DNA of 64,000 nt from an uncultured Gammaproteobacteria bacterium (GTDB lineage: Bacteria > Pseudomonadota > Gammaproteobacteria > JAADHQ01), in the NCBI GenBank assembly GCA_947258755.1, contig CAMYJO010000002.1, positions 208,909 through 272,908 of the forward strand. Direction: 5' to 3'. Below the pieces are notes generated by a model that searched no databases, was not told the DNA's origin, and saw only the letters and a list, made by a program, of their open reading frames with translations. Both the position numbers and the translations under genes were made by a program. Of the stretch, positions 42,556 to 53,155 are shown piece by piece (positions within the stretch are counted from its first letter, which is position 1; every line of letters begins with the position of its first letter).

Positions 42556-44106
42556 ATGAGCAAGCAAGACAAACTCATTATTTTTGATACCACCCTTAGA
42601 GACGGTGAACAGAGTCCGGGTGCATCAATGACCGGTGATGAAAAGGTACGCATCGCCAGGGCACTCGAACGCATGCGTGTCGATGTCATCGAAGCGGGTT
42701 TTCCCATTGCCAGTCACGGTGATTTCGAGGCCGTGCAAAGTGTCGCCAAAGCGATCAGCGACAGTACCGTTTGTGGCCTGGCGCGAGCTTTGGATAAGGA
42801 TATTGACCGTGCCGGTGAGGCGCTGAAACCAGCCAACTCTGCACGAATCCATACCTTTATCGCCACATCCCCGATCCATATGCAAATGAAATTGCGTATG
42901 CAACCCGAACAGGTGATTGAGCAGGCCGTACGTGCCGTCAAAAGGGCGCGCCAATATACTGATAATATCGAGTTCTCCCCAGAAGACGCCGGTCGTTCCG
43001 AGCCGGAATTTTTATTTCGCATCCTCGAGGCTGTGATCGATGCCGGAGCAAGCACGGTCAATATCCCGGATACCGTGGGTTATAACCTGCCACATCAGTT
43101 TGGTGATCTGATCAAACAGTTGATCGAGAATGTGCCCAATTCAGACAAGGCCGTTTTTTCAGTGCATTGTCATAATGACCTGGGGCTCGCGGTTTCTAAT
43201 TCCTTGTCGGCGGTTCTGAATGGTGCGCGCCAAGTGGAATGCACTATCAATGGACTCGGGGAACGTGCCGGTAACGCAGCTTTGGAAGAAATCGTCATGG
43301 CGGTGCGTACACGTCAGGATATGTTCAGTTGCGACAGCGACCTTGATGCCACCCAGATCGTGACCTGTTCGAGACTGGTAGCCAACATCACCGGCTTTCC
43401 GGTACAGCCGAACAAATCGATTGTCGGTGCGAATGCCTTCGCGCATGAATCCGGCATTCATCAGGACGGCGTTTTAAAGAGCCGCGAGACCTACGAAATC
43501 ATGCGTGCCGAGGATGTGGGTTGGTCCGCCAACCGCATGGTGCTGGGTAAGCACTCCGGGCGCAATGCTTTCAAGACCCGATTGGCTGAGCTGGGTGTTG
43601 AGTTTTCTTCCGAGGAGGAGCTCAATGACACCTTTGCCCGCTTTAAAGACCTGGCCGATAAGAAACATGAGATCTTTGATGAAGACCTGCAGGCGCTGGT
43701 GACCGAGTCCAATCTGGAAGCCGAGAATGAGCGTTATAAGCTGGTCGCGCTGAAGGTCTGTTCGGAAACCGGCGAGATGCCGACATCGAGTATCACGATC
43801 AGTGCGGATGCTAAAGAGATGCAATGCAGTGCGCAAGGCGGAGGTCCGGTCGATGCGTCGTACAAGGCCATTGAAGAAATGGTCCATAGTGACACGCAGC
43901 TACAATTGTATTCGGTCAATAATATCACCAGCGGTACTGACTCACAGGGTGAGGTGACAGTGAGGTTGGAAAAAGCGGGCCGGATTGTCAACGGCCAGGG
44001 TTCAGATACCGATATTGTGGTCGCTTCCGTTAAAGCGTATATCAATGCCCTGAACAAGCTTGAGCAAACTTCAGCTCGTGAGCATCCGCAATCGGCTGAT
44101 GTTTAG
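42556..44106 (+). CDS. leuA: 2-isopropylmalate synthase
   Basis: [20 protein letters not shown]-terminus, [10 protein letters not shown], and a C-terminal LeuA regulatory domain. 516 aa. Confidence 0.95.
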   Translation: MSKQDKLIIFDTTLRDGEQSPGASMTGDEKVRIARALERMRVDVIEAGFPIASHGDFEAVQSVAKAISDSTVCGLARALDKDIDRAGEALKPANSARIHTFIATSPIHMQMKLRMQPEQVIEQAVRAVKRARQYTDNIEFSPEDAGRSEPEFLFRILEAVIDAGASTVNIPDTVGYNLPHQFGDLIKQLIENVPNSDKAVFSVHCHNDLGLAVSNSLSAVLNGARQVECTINGLGERAGNAALEEIVMAVRTRQDMFSCDSDLDATQIVTCSRLVANITGFPVQPNKSIVGANAFAHESGIHQDGVLKSRETYEIMRAEDVGWSANRMVLGKHSGRNAFKTRLAELGVEFSSEEELNDTFARFKDLADKKHEIFDEDLQALVTESNLEAENERYKLVALKVCSETGEMPTSSITISADAKEMQCSAQGGGPVDASYKAIEEMVHSDTQLQLYSVNNITSGTDSQGEVTVRLEKAGRIVNGQGSDTDIVVASVKAYINALNKLEQTSAREHPQSADV

Positions 44107-44128
44107 AGTTAAGGATCGGTAATCTCGC

Positions 44129-44866
44129 ATGCACGAGCAGCTTCGACAACAGTATCTACAGGCAATGGGTATCCAGTTATGGGAACCGAAGATCAAGCCT
44201 GTCCTGGATGAAGCGCCGGCAGTGGACGCTGAGCCCGTACCGGTGATAGCTGATACAGAGCAGGCTGTTGCCCCAGTTGTTGATAGTAGCGCACAGGCCC
44301 TGCCTGATTGGCCGCTCTTGCAGCAAAACGTGGAATCCTGCACGGCCTGTGACTTGCATGAAAACCGCATCCATACGGTGTTTGGTACTGGCAACCGATC
44401 GGCGAAGATTATGTTTATCGGCGAGGCCCCAGGTGCAGACGAAGACCGCCAGGGTGAACCCTTTGTCGGCCGTGCCGGTCAGTTGTTGAATGAGATGTTG
44501 TTCGCGATCGGCTTTAGTCGGGAGCAGGTCTATATCGCCAATATACTCAAATGCAGACCACCGGGTAATCGTGATCCCAGGGTGGATGAAATCAATACCT
44601 GCAAGACCTTTCTGCAACAGCAAATACAACTGATCCAGCCCGAGCTGATTGTAGCCTTGGGTCGGATAGCAGCCCACCATTTGCTCAAGACAGATACCAG
44701 CCTGGCTAAACTACGCGGCCAATTGCATAGCAGTCCGGGCATCGATGTCCCTGTTATGGTGACCTACCATCCGGCTTATCTGTTGCGCTCGCCGCAGCAG
44801 AAACGCAAGGCATGGCAGGACCTTGTTATGTTGCAGCAACAACTGAGTACGGAGCAACCGGCATGA
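44129..44866 (+). CDS. uracil-DNA glycosylase, family 4
   Basis: GEAPGADEDRQGEPFVGRAGQLL and HPAYLLR motifs characteristic of family-4 UDG. Confidence 0.85.
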   Translation: MHEQLRQQYLQAMGIQLWEPKIKPVLDEAPAVDAEPVPVIADTEQAVAPVVDSSAQALPDWPLLQQNVESCTACDLHENRIHTVFGTGNRSAKIMFIGEAPGADEDRQGEPFVGRAGQLLNEMLFAIGFSREQVYIANILKCRPPGNRDPRVDEINTCKTFLQQQIQLIQPELIVALGRIAAHHLLKTDTSLAKLRGQLHSSPGIDVPVMVTYHPAYLLRSPQQKRKAWQDLVMLQQQLSTEQPA

Positions 44867-45327
44867 GCGCCATCCTCAGTCCAGGCAACATGAAAATGCG
44901 TGCCATGCTTGAGGAAGACATGGATTCGGTCATCCATATTGAGGAGTCCGCTTATAGTCACCCCTGGACCCGTGGTATTTTCAAGGATTGTATGCGTGTC
45001 GGTTATCATTGCCAGATATTGGAGCAGGACGGCATTATTCATGGTTATGCGGTGATGTCCGAGGCCGTCGGCGAGGCGCATATATTAAATGTGTGTGTGC
45101 ATCCGCGATCTCAGCGCATGGGTTTGGGGCGTTTGCTGGTCAATCACCTGCTCGATGCCGCCCGGCGTATGCGCGCCGAAATCATATTGTTAGAGGTTCG
45201 TCCATCCAATAAGGCCGCACTGGCCTTGTATCATGATATCGGTTTCTGCGAGGTTGGAACACGTAAGCACTACTATCCCAGTGACAATGGACGCGAGGAC
45301 GCATTGATCCTGGCCTTACACCTGTAG
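44863..45327 (+). CDS. rimI: ribosomal-protein-alanine N-acetyltransferase
   Basis: GNAT fold (AHILNVCVHPRSQRMGLGRLLV). Start ATG 44863 overlaps the UDG stop (ATGA). Confidence 0.8.
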   Translation: MSAILSPGNMKMRAMLEEDMDSVIHIEESAYSHPWTRGIFKDCMRVGYHCQILEQDGIIHGYAVMSEAVGEAHILNVCVHPRSQRMGLGRLLVNHLLDAARRMRAEIILLEVRPSNKAALALYHDIGFCEVGTRKHYYPSDNGREDALILALHL

Positions 45328-45417
45328 CCCTGGCGCGCGTGTAGCGCTCGCTGAATACCTGCAATCAACACCAATCTACTGTAGAATAACGCGTTTTAAG
45401 CGTAAAGAATTAATATC

Positions 45418-47007
45418 ATGTCCTTCGAGGAAGCCATAAGCCAGCGTCGTACCTTCGCCATTATTTCGCATCCGGATGCGGGCAAGACGACCTTGACCGA
45501 AAAACTGTTGTTGTTCGGGCGTGCTATTCAGCAATCCGGTACAGTCAAGGGCCGCAAATCTGACCGCCATGCGACCTCTGACTGGATGGAGATGGAAAAG
45601 GAACGTGGTATCTCGGTGACCTCATCGGTGATGCAGTTCCCTTTTAATGGCAAGATAATGAACCTGCTCGATACACCCGGGCATGAGGACTTTTCCGAAG
45701 ATACCTACCGTACTTTAACGGCAGTTGACTCGGCCTTGATGGTCATCGATTGTGCCAAAGGCGTCGAGGCCCGCACCATCAAATTGATGGGTGTTTGTCG
45801 TCTACGTACGACGCCGATTATTACCTTTATCAACAAACTTGACCGTGAAGGCCGTGATCCGATTGAATTGCTGGATGAAGTCGAGAGTGTGCTGGATATA
45901 AAATGTGCGCCTATTACCTGGCCGATTGGTATGGGTAAGGCCTTCAAAGGTGTGTTCAACCTAAAAGAAAATCGCATACACCTGTATAGCGCCACACACG
46001 GCGGCAAAATACAGCAGGGTGAAATCATAGATGGGCTTGATAACCCACGCCTGGATGAAGTGTTGGGTGATCAGGCGCAGGAATTGCGCGAAGAGATAGA
46101 ACTGGTGCAGGGCGCAAGTCACGAGTTTGATCTCGATGCCTATCTGGCTGGTGAGTTGACCCCGGTATTCTTCGGTTCTGCTATTAATAACTTCGGTGTG
46201 CAGGAATTACTCGAGGCCTTTGTTGAATATGCACCGGCGCCGCAAACGCGAACAACCATAAGCCGGACCGTTGAGCCGGTCGAGGACAAGCTCAGCGGCT
46301 TCGTTTTCAAGATACAGGCGAACATGGATCCGCAGCATCGTGATCGTATTGCTTTTATGCGTATATGCTCCGGACACTTTGCCAATGGCATGAAACTGCG
46401 CCATGTGCGTATTGCTCGTGATGTCAAAATCAGTAATGCAATCACCTTTATGGCTAGTGAGCGTGGTCAGGTTGAAGAGGCCTTTGCCGGTGATATTATT
46501 GGCCTGCATAATCACGGCACGATACAGATTGGTGATACCTTTACTCAGGGCGAAGACTTGCAATTTACCGGCATCCCAAATTTTGCCCCGGAACTATTCC
46601 GTCGGGTTGTGCTTAGAGATCCACTGCGCATGAAAGCATTGCAAAAGGGCTTGATTGAATTATGTGAGGAGGGTGCCTCGCAACTTTTCCGGCCACTGAA
46701 TAAAAATGATTTAATCCTCGGTGCTGTCGGTGTCTTGCAGTTCGACGTGGTCGCCTTCAGGCTGAAGGAAGAATACAATGTGGAATGTACTTTCGAGAAT
46801 GTCAATGTGGTCACTGCGCGATGGGTGTCTTGTTCTGATGAGAAGAAGTTAGAGGAATTTCGTAACAAGCTCTCTGATAATCTGGCCATCGATAGCGGCG
46901 GTAGTCTTGCCTATATTGCACCGACACGTGTTAATCTCGAATTGGCTATGGAGCGTTGGCCTGAGATTGAATTCCATGCGACCCGTGAGCATGGTATACC
47001 GTCCTAA
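45418..47007 (+). CDS. prfC: peptide chain release factor 3
   Basis: GTPase G1 motif [18 protein letters not shown], with DTPGHEDF. 529 aa. Confidence 0.95.
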   Translation: MSFEEAISQRRTFAIISHPDAGKTTLTEKLLLFGRAIQQSGTVKGRKSDRHATSDWMEMEKERGISVTSSVMQFPFNGKIMNLLDTPGHEDFSEDTYRTLTAVDSALMVIDCAKGVEARTIKLMGVCRLRTTPIITFINKLDREGRDPIELLDEVESVLDIKCAPITWPIGMGKAFKGVFNLKENRIHLYSATHGGKIQQGEIIDGLDNPRLDEVLGDQAQELREEIELVQGASHEFDLDAYLAGELTPVFFGSAINNFGVQELLEAFVEYAPAPQTRTTISRTVEPVEDKLSGFVFKIQANMDPQHRDRIAFMRICSGHFANGMKLRHVRIARDVKISNAITFMASERGQVEEAFAGDIIGLHNHGTIQIGDTFTQGEDLQFTGIPNFAPELFRRVVLRDPLRMKALQKGLIELCEEGASQLFRPLNKNDLILGAVGVLQFDVVAFRLKEEYNVECTFENVNVVTARWVSCSDEKKLEEFRNKLSDNLAIDSGGSLAYIAPTRVNLELAMERWPEIEFHATREHGIPS

Positions 47008-47380
47008 ACTTCCTGGCAGGTGGTCTGGAGGGTGGTTTAGATTGTTTGAATTGCCCCAGATAGGTTGATGTTTTTGTCTTATAAAATGGTGTTTTACCGA
47101 TTTTTTTATATTTAATTGTGAATTAGACCATTATGATTAAAGGGAAGCTTTATCCCTCAATGTAATATCAAGATTTAATGGATGTTGAATTCTCACTGTC
47201 CTGAAAGCGATTTTTGTAAATATTGGTGTCAATCAAAACAAAAATCAACATGTTGAATACTTGTTCAGTAAACTCGATATGGTGGACAAAGAGTTTTAAT
47301 TCTTTCTAAGCTTAAATTAGGATATGATTACTCTGACTATTCAACCGTGGGTAGGTAGTATATGGGGCAGGATTAATAGT

Positions 47381-48169
47381 ATGCGGGTAAATTTCACACG
47401 GCGTATTCGTGATGCTCTGATAAGCGTGCTTGTGCCAGGAATAGTGGCCTGTGCAGCACCTGTCACCAGTCCAGAGCCGTATACGTTACAGCATGCTCGT
47501 AGACTGGAGGCCAGAATTGATGCGCAAACAATAAGCGTATCACCCACGAGAGCAATAACGGATTTACGGCAGGCATTACATCTGTATTCCTTGGCTGATG
47601 ATCTCGAAGGGCAGGTCCGTTGTCACCTGAAACTTATTCGTATTTATATCAGTCTCGAACAGACCGATACTGCAATGCAGTATTTGCAAAGTGCAAAATC
47701 CATTGCCAATACATTACAGTTACCCGAATACCTTTATGGCAGCTATTTGCTTGAAGCACGCTTGAGTGGTAAAAAGTCGGATTTTGAAACGGCCCTGAAA
47801 TGGTCTACAAGCTCTATTCAGCGAGCTGTGGTGCTGACCTATCTGTCCAGAGTGGATGAGGGATATCGGCTGATAGTGTCAAAAATGGATCAGGCTGAAG
47901 ATTCCCCGGAAGATTTTGCCTTTGTGCTTTACGAATATGCCCGGAAGCAGCGGCATGTTGGTGCAGGGGGAAATGCCCTGGTGCTGTTCAAGCAGATTGA
48001 TCATCACCTGGGAGTACGCAATACTTTACATCTGTTGGCGAAGATTTATAAGGAAAATGGTCGGCTTGAGCTGGCCAAACAATATTTTCAACGAGCGCGC
48101 GTAGTCAGTATCTCGCTTAACGATACAGCCAGGACTCGGATTATCGAGGCAGAACTGGACAGGTTCTAG
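47381..48169 (+). CDS. hypothetical lipoprotein, helical-repeat (TPR-like)
   Basis: Lipoprotein signal MRVNFTRRIRDALISVLVPGIVAC. The rest looks like helical repeats. The ORF-track start 47324 has no usable RBS. First gene of the Mla-like cluster. Confidence 0.5.
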   Translation: MRVNFTRRIRDALISVLVPGIVACAAPVTSPEPYTLQHARRLEARIDAQTISVSPTRAITDLRQALHLYSLADDLEGQVRCHLKLIRIYISLEQTDTAMQYLQSAKSIANTLQLPEYLYGSYLLEARLSGKKSDFETALKWSTSSIQRAVVLTYLSRVDEGYRLIVSKMDQAEDSPEDFAFVLYEYARKQRHVGAGGNALVLFKQIDHHLGVRNTLHLLAKIYKENGRLELAKQYFQRARVVSISLNDTARTRIIEAELDRF

Positions 48170-48173
48170 GATT

Positions 48174-48959
48174 ATGCTGGAAGCGATTGGAAGGCATGTA
48201 CTTCAGGCACTAAAACGTAGCAGCGATATACTGGGCTTATTAGCCCTGCTTGTCTCATCTAGACTCTCCATTGCGCACAGTAGTCGAAGGCTTGTTTTTT
48301 ACAAGTTGTATAGGTTGCAAATTTACTATACAGGGATACAGGGTTTTTATGTTACAGCGATCGTCTCCATACTGATAGGTTCCCTGCTGGTATTCAGACT
48401 CCCCGCTATATCACCGGCCGAACAGACTGTTACCGTATTTTCGGAGTTGTTTGTTGTGGTCATCATTCGCGAGTTGGCCCCTATTATGTGTGCATTGATT
48501 GCGATCGTTCGATCCGGTACTGCGGTAACCGCAAAGATTGGCTACCTTAAAATGTCTGGAGAATTTGAAATAGCCAAAACCCTCGGTATTGATCCTGTCC
48601 ATCTATTTCTGGTGCCAGTGTTTTTTGCTTTTCCAATCTCGATGCTGATGATGCTCATCTACTTTCTGTTTTTCAGTATGACCGCTGCATTCATAACTCT
48701 GTGGTTGCAGGATACGGGGATTGGCGCTGCGTTACTGATTGATAATATTCTTGAACGAGTGCAACTTTATGAAATTCTTGTTATTGTGATTAAATGCGTC
48801 TCCAGCGGGTTGGTAATTGGTTTGTATGCGATCCATTATGGCTCGACAGTCGAGGCGCGCCTGGCTATGGTTGCTCGCGGTATGTCCCTCGCTACGACCC
48901 GGGCTTTAGTGTTGGTGCTTTTTATCAACATAATGATATCGATATTGGCGTATCAATGA
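48174..48959 (+). CDS. MlaE-family ABC transporter permease
   Basis: 261 aa of MlaE/YrbE type (conserved EIAKTLGIDP-like region). Confidence 0.75.
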   Translation: MLEAIGRHVLQALKRSSDILGLLALLVSSRLSIAHSSRRLVFYKLYRLQIYYTGIQGFYVTAIVSILIGSLLVFRLPAISPAEQTVTVFSELFVVVIIRELAPIMCALIAIVRSGTAVTAKIGYLKMSGEFEIAKTLGIDPVHLFLVPVFFAFPISMLMMLIYFLFFSMTAAFITLWLQDTGIGAALLIDNILERVQLYEILVIVIKCVSSGLVIGLYAIHYGSTVEARLAMVARGMSLATTRALVLVLFINIMISILAYQ

Positions 48960-49627
48960 TGACTTTGCGCGTGCAGGATTTACAGATACCTTGTGATTCT
49001 GAAACTGTCATTAAGAACATATCCTTCAAAGCCGATGAGGGGGAATGCATTGTTATTAATTCGAGCGTGCTTTTACTTGGTACCTGCCTGTTGCAGGCCT
49101 TGGCGGGTATGGTCAGCGGTGTTGCTGGTCAACTGGTCTTTCAGGGTAAAGATCTAGCGGGTACACTTCCTTCCAAAGAGTTTTCTAAATTACGTGAGCA
49201 GATAGGGTATGTCTATCGTCACGGTGGGCTCATAAGTTTATTAAATGTCACTGACAACATTGCTCTGCCGCTGGCCTATCATTACAATATTAGTCGAAAG
49301 GAGCTTGCCGAAAACATTCATCGAGTTGCCACTCTCCTGGGTATCAACGAGCTGCTGGAGCTCGTTCCCGATGACCTGAATGTGACGCAGACACGTATGG
49401 TCAATTTGGCGCGAGCATTGATCAGTCGGCCTCGTTTAATCCTCATAGATGCTATTTTCGATGGGATGCCGAATATACATAAGCAGGTAGTGATCGATGC
49501 AATACAAAAGACCCAGGCTGAAGAGCGTTTTGCACTAGTTATGACTACCCGGCAACATCAGTTATTAGAACTAGCGACGGCTGCTTATGAGCTCACAGAA
49601 AACGGACTGGAGCAATCTACACTGTAA
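48956..49627 (+). CDS. degenerate ABC ATPase-like protein (MlaF-like fold, catalytic motifs lost)
   Basis: Collinear with MlaF, but Walker A is NSSVLLLGTC (no GKS/T), the signature is LNVTQTRMVNLARAL instead of LSGGQ, Walker B is LILIDAIF (DE->DA), and the H-loop His is replaced by MTTRQ. Start ATG 48956 overlaps the permease stop. Confidence 0.65.
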   Translation: MMTLRVQDLQIPCDSETVIKNISFKADEGECIVINSSVLLLGTCLLQALAGMVSGVAGQLVFQGKDLAGTLPSKEFSKLREQIGYVYRHGGLISLLNVTDNIALPLAYHYNISRKELAENIHRVATLLGINELLELVPDDLNVTQTRMVNLARALISRPRLILIDAIFDGMPNIHKQVVIDAIQKTQAEERFALVMTTRQHQLLELATAAYELTENGLEQSTL

Positions 49628-49629
49628 TT

Positions 49630-50640
49630 ATGGATAACCAGGGAAATCAGCCATATAAGATCACCTACATTGACCGCCTGGTTGGTTTTATCGTGCTTGC
49701 TGTACTGATAGTTATTGTCGCAGCTATCGTATTGCGCTATCAGGAAATCGGACCGGGTGTCAGTCGCGTCAATTACTATACAGTCCTCAATCAGGCTCAT
49801 AATATTGTGCGCGGCACTGACGTTCGCCTGGCTGGCATTCCCATTGGTCAGATAGAGAGTGTAACTCTACGAAGGGATGGGAACGTACGTGTGGATATTG
49901 TCATCTCTGATGAGTATAGGGAGTTTATTACAGAAGGATGCCGTTTGCGTGTGGCATCCTCGTTTGGCTTGAGTGCACTTATCGGCTGGACCGGTCTGCA
50001 TCTTATTCCAGGTGAAGAACCTGGTGAAACTCTGGAAGAAGGATCATTAATCGAAGCACTTCAGCCCGTAGAATTAGCAAAGACATTCAGTGACGTGGAG
50101 CTGAATAAAATGGCAGAGAACGTCAAGACAATTCTACGCAATCTCTCCGATATCAGTCGTGCGATAGGTGAAAGCGAGAACGCTATTTCTGCTACGCTTG
50201 AAAACTTGTCTGGAGTTACGCAAGATTTACGCGGTGCCGTCAATGCTGTTTCTGCAGCAGCGGCATCAGCGCAAACCGGATTCATGGCGTGGTCCGAAGC
50301 GGGGCAGAGCGTTCAAAATATTGTAGATGCATCTGATGAGGATATCAGGATGAGCGCCATCAACGCCAGAAAAGCATCGGAACAATTGAATGAATTGCTG
50401 CAAGAGCTGGGGACTGTGGTTGGGCAGCTAGGGCATGTCGTAAAACAGGTTGAAGTCGGAAGCGAGCATATCCCCACGTTGTTTTCTGAAGGGCGCATCC
50501 TGGTGGAACGTGCTAACGAGCTTACAGAACGACTTAATCGGCACTGGCTGTTGGGTGGGTCCTCACAACAGAAAAAATCTTACTACCCAAGGGTCCATCC
50601 TATCCCCGACCCAGAGTTGCCATTACCCGTTACGGAATGA
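49630..50640 (+). CDS. MCE/MlaD-family protein with long C-terminal extension
   Basis: N-terminal TM helix and MCE domain (LRRDGNVRVDIVISDEY). 336 aa. Confidence 0.75.
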   Translation: MDNQGNQPYKITYIDRLVGFIVLAVLIVIVAAIVLRYQEIGPGVSRVNYYTVLNQAHNIVRGTDVRLAGIPIGQIESVTLRRDGNVRVDIVISDEYREFITEGCRLRVASSFGLSALIGWTGLHLIPGEEPGETLEEGSLIEALQPVELAKTFSDVELNKMAENVKTILRNLSDISRAIGESENAISATLENLSGVTQDLRGAVNAVSAAAASAQTGFMAWSEAGQSVQNIVDASDEDIRMSAINARKASEQLNELLQELGTVVGQLGHVVKQVEVGSEHIPTLFSEGRILVERANELTERLNRHWLLGGSSQQKKSYYPRVHPIPDPELPLPVTE

Positions 50641-51039
50641 GTATAATACTTGATAAATATCTCTTGCCTGTACGGCAATCAATGCAGTATGAAGTCATTT
50701 TACAGCCTATAAAAGGGTGGTGTCATAATGTATAGCTGGGTTGCCCAAGGGTTATGGGTGTGGACTCTTTTGTCAAGATAATACAGAAAATGTTGCTAAT
50801 GTTGCGGTGGAAGTCTTACATGAATAAGGGTCTTTTTAACTATTTGTAAGTAAGCGATTGGCTTAAATAAGTAATGGCAGAACAGGTGCAGGAATATTTA
50901 CCTGGAAAATATAATTAAACCTTGATTCAGACGAACAGTATACGGTTTCCAAATATCGCAATTCTTGTTAGTCTAGGCGGTAATTATTATCTAAAAAAAA
51001 GAGTTTCTCGTCCGCTTGATTTTCTAAGCAGGGAGAATA

Positions 51040-53155
51040 TTGAATTGTGAAAATATGTTAAATGTCATCATCAAGGTAATTCTCAGGCTGGCTTTTCGTA
51101 TACAAGTCAGAGGGCTGTCTCATTATGATGCGGCGGGTGACAGGGTTCTTGTCATTGCCAATCATGTGTCACTGCTGGATGCATTAATTATTAAACTCTT
51201 TTTGTCGAATGACCTTGCCTATGCGATAAATAAATCGGCAGCCGATCGTTGGTGGGCCAAACCTTTTGTGCATATTCTTGATTTTTGTGTGATTGATACA
51301 CATAACCCGCTGTCGCTAAAAAAACTGATTGATTTTCTGCAACAGGACAACAAGGTTCTGCTGTTTCCTGAAGGGCGACTATCGAATAATAATTCGTTAA
51401 TGAAGATCTATCAGTCGACAGGGATGGTGCTTGATAAAACAGACGCGACTATCGTACCGGTACATATAGAGGGTAGTCAGTATTCATTTTTCACGCGTGC
51501 CCAGGGTACCGTCAGGCGCAGGCTTTTCCCGAAGATCACGTTAACTGTTTTGCCAGGCGAAAAAATGAAACTGGCCGATGAGCTCAAGGGGCAGAAGCGT
51601 AGAGAAGCATCGGTTGAATATTTAACAGCATTGATGCGCGAAGCGAAGTTTCAACGGCGGACGTCATGTCATTCTTGAAGATATTAAGCGTAAGCCGCTT
51701 AATTACAATCAAGTTATCTTCCGTATTATTCTGCTTTCCCGATTACTGGAAAAAGAGACCAGTCAAGAGCAGGCTGTAGGTATGTTTTTACCCAACACGG
51801 TTATTGCAACTGTCATGGTCTATGCCTTGAGTTTCAGTGGTCGATGTCCGGCGATGTTGAACTATGGTGCAGGTAAAAAAGCATTATTGAGTAGTATTAC
51901 CAACGCCAACATACAATATGTTTATACATCGCGAGCGTTTATAAAAGAAGCCGGCCTTGAAGAACAGTTGCAGGCCATGAGTGAGCATACGCAGGTGCGT
52001 TATGTTGAAGACATGGCGGCGCAGTTAAGTCTCGGTAGCAAGATTAGTAGTTATTTCATAAGTTTTTTTGCAGGTAGTTATTATAAAAAATTCGAGCAAT
52101 CCATTTCAGCTGATGATACTGCTGTCATCCTGTTTACATCGGGTTCAGAGGGTCTGCCAAAAGGTGTGGCACTGAGCCATAGGAATTTGTTAGCAAACTG
52201 TTGGCAAGTGATTTGTATACTCGATTTTAGTCACAAAGATGTATTGTTGAACTTTTTACCGATCTTTCATTCCTTTGGCCTGACGGCCGGAACCATTTTG
52301 CCGCTTGAGCACGGCATACGCTTTTTACAATATCCTTCGCCCTTGCACTATAAAATCATACCCGAGTTGGTGTATGAAACCGATACCACGGTGATCTTTG
52401 CAACCAATACCTTCCTTAATGGTTATGGTCAGCAGGCCCATCCCTATGATTTTCATACATTACGCTATGTGTTTGCCGGTGCCGAATCACTGCAGGAGTC
52501 GACAGAAAACTTATGGCTGGAAAAATTCGGCATACGAATCCTGCAGGGTTATGGTGCGACTGAAACCTCGCCTGTGTTGGCAGCGAATACCATGTTGACC
52601 TATAAAAGAGGCGCGGTCGGTCATCTGGTGCCGGGTATGGAATATCGATTGATTGATGTCCCAGGTATAAATAATGGAGGTCAGTTGCAGGTCAAGGGGG
52701 CGAATGTGATGAAGGGCTACTTGCTGGCGGATCGCCCCGGTGAGATTGTTCCGCCTTCAACCCCGGAGTCTGGTGCTGGCTGGTATGATACCGGGGATAT
52801 TGTTGATATAGATGAGGATGGCTATCTTTTTATTCGAGGCCGCGCAAAACGCTTTGCCAAGATCGGCGGCGAGATGATCTCGCTGGTTGCGGTAGAGAAC
52901 ATGGTCGCAAAGACCTGGCCAGATTATTTGCATGCCGTCATCAGTATGGCAGATGAATCCAAGGGTGAGCAGCTGATTTTATTTACCGAATTCAGTCAGG
53001 CTGACCGTAAGAGTTTGATCGCACAATTCAGGCAGGAAGGCCTGAGCGATTTGCACATCCCCAAAAAAATAAAATTGATCGAGCAGTTGCCTTTATTGCC
53101 TAGTGGTAAGATAGATTATGTTGTTTTGCAGGAAGAAATTGTGTCGGCATTGTGA
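51040..53155 (+). pseudogene. aas: aas (2-acylglycerophosphoethanolamine acyltransferase / acyl-ACP synthetase), apparent +1 frameshift between the two domains
   Basis: Acyltransferase part 51040-51678 is in frame 1. AMP-binding part 51782-53155 is in frame 2. Frame 2 is open from 51635 and encodes linker-like sequence (GGRHVILEDIKRKPLNYNQVIFRIILLSRLLEKETSQEQAVGMFLPN) continuous with the synthetase domain. A fused Aas lies next to a transporter gene in E. coli. Confidence 0.55.

Noticed and set aside
42399-42707. 102-aa minus-strand ORF spanning the leuA start
   Set aside because: Overlaps the leuA 5' end on the opposite strand; no RBS or motif.
43474-44394. Multiple minus-strand ORFs within leuA and the UDG gene
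   Set aside because: Antisense to strongly supported CDSs.
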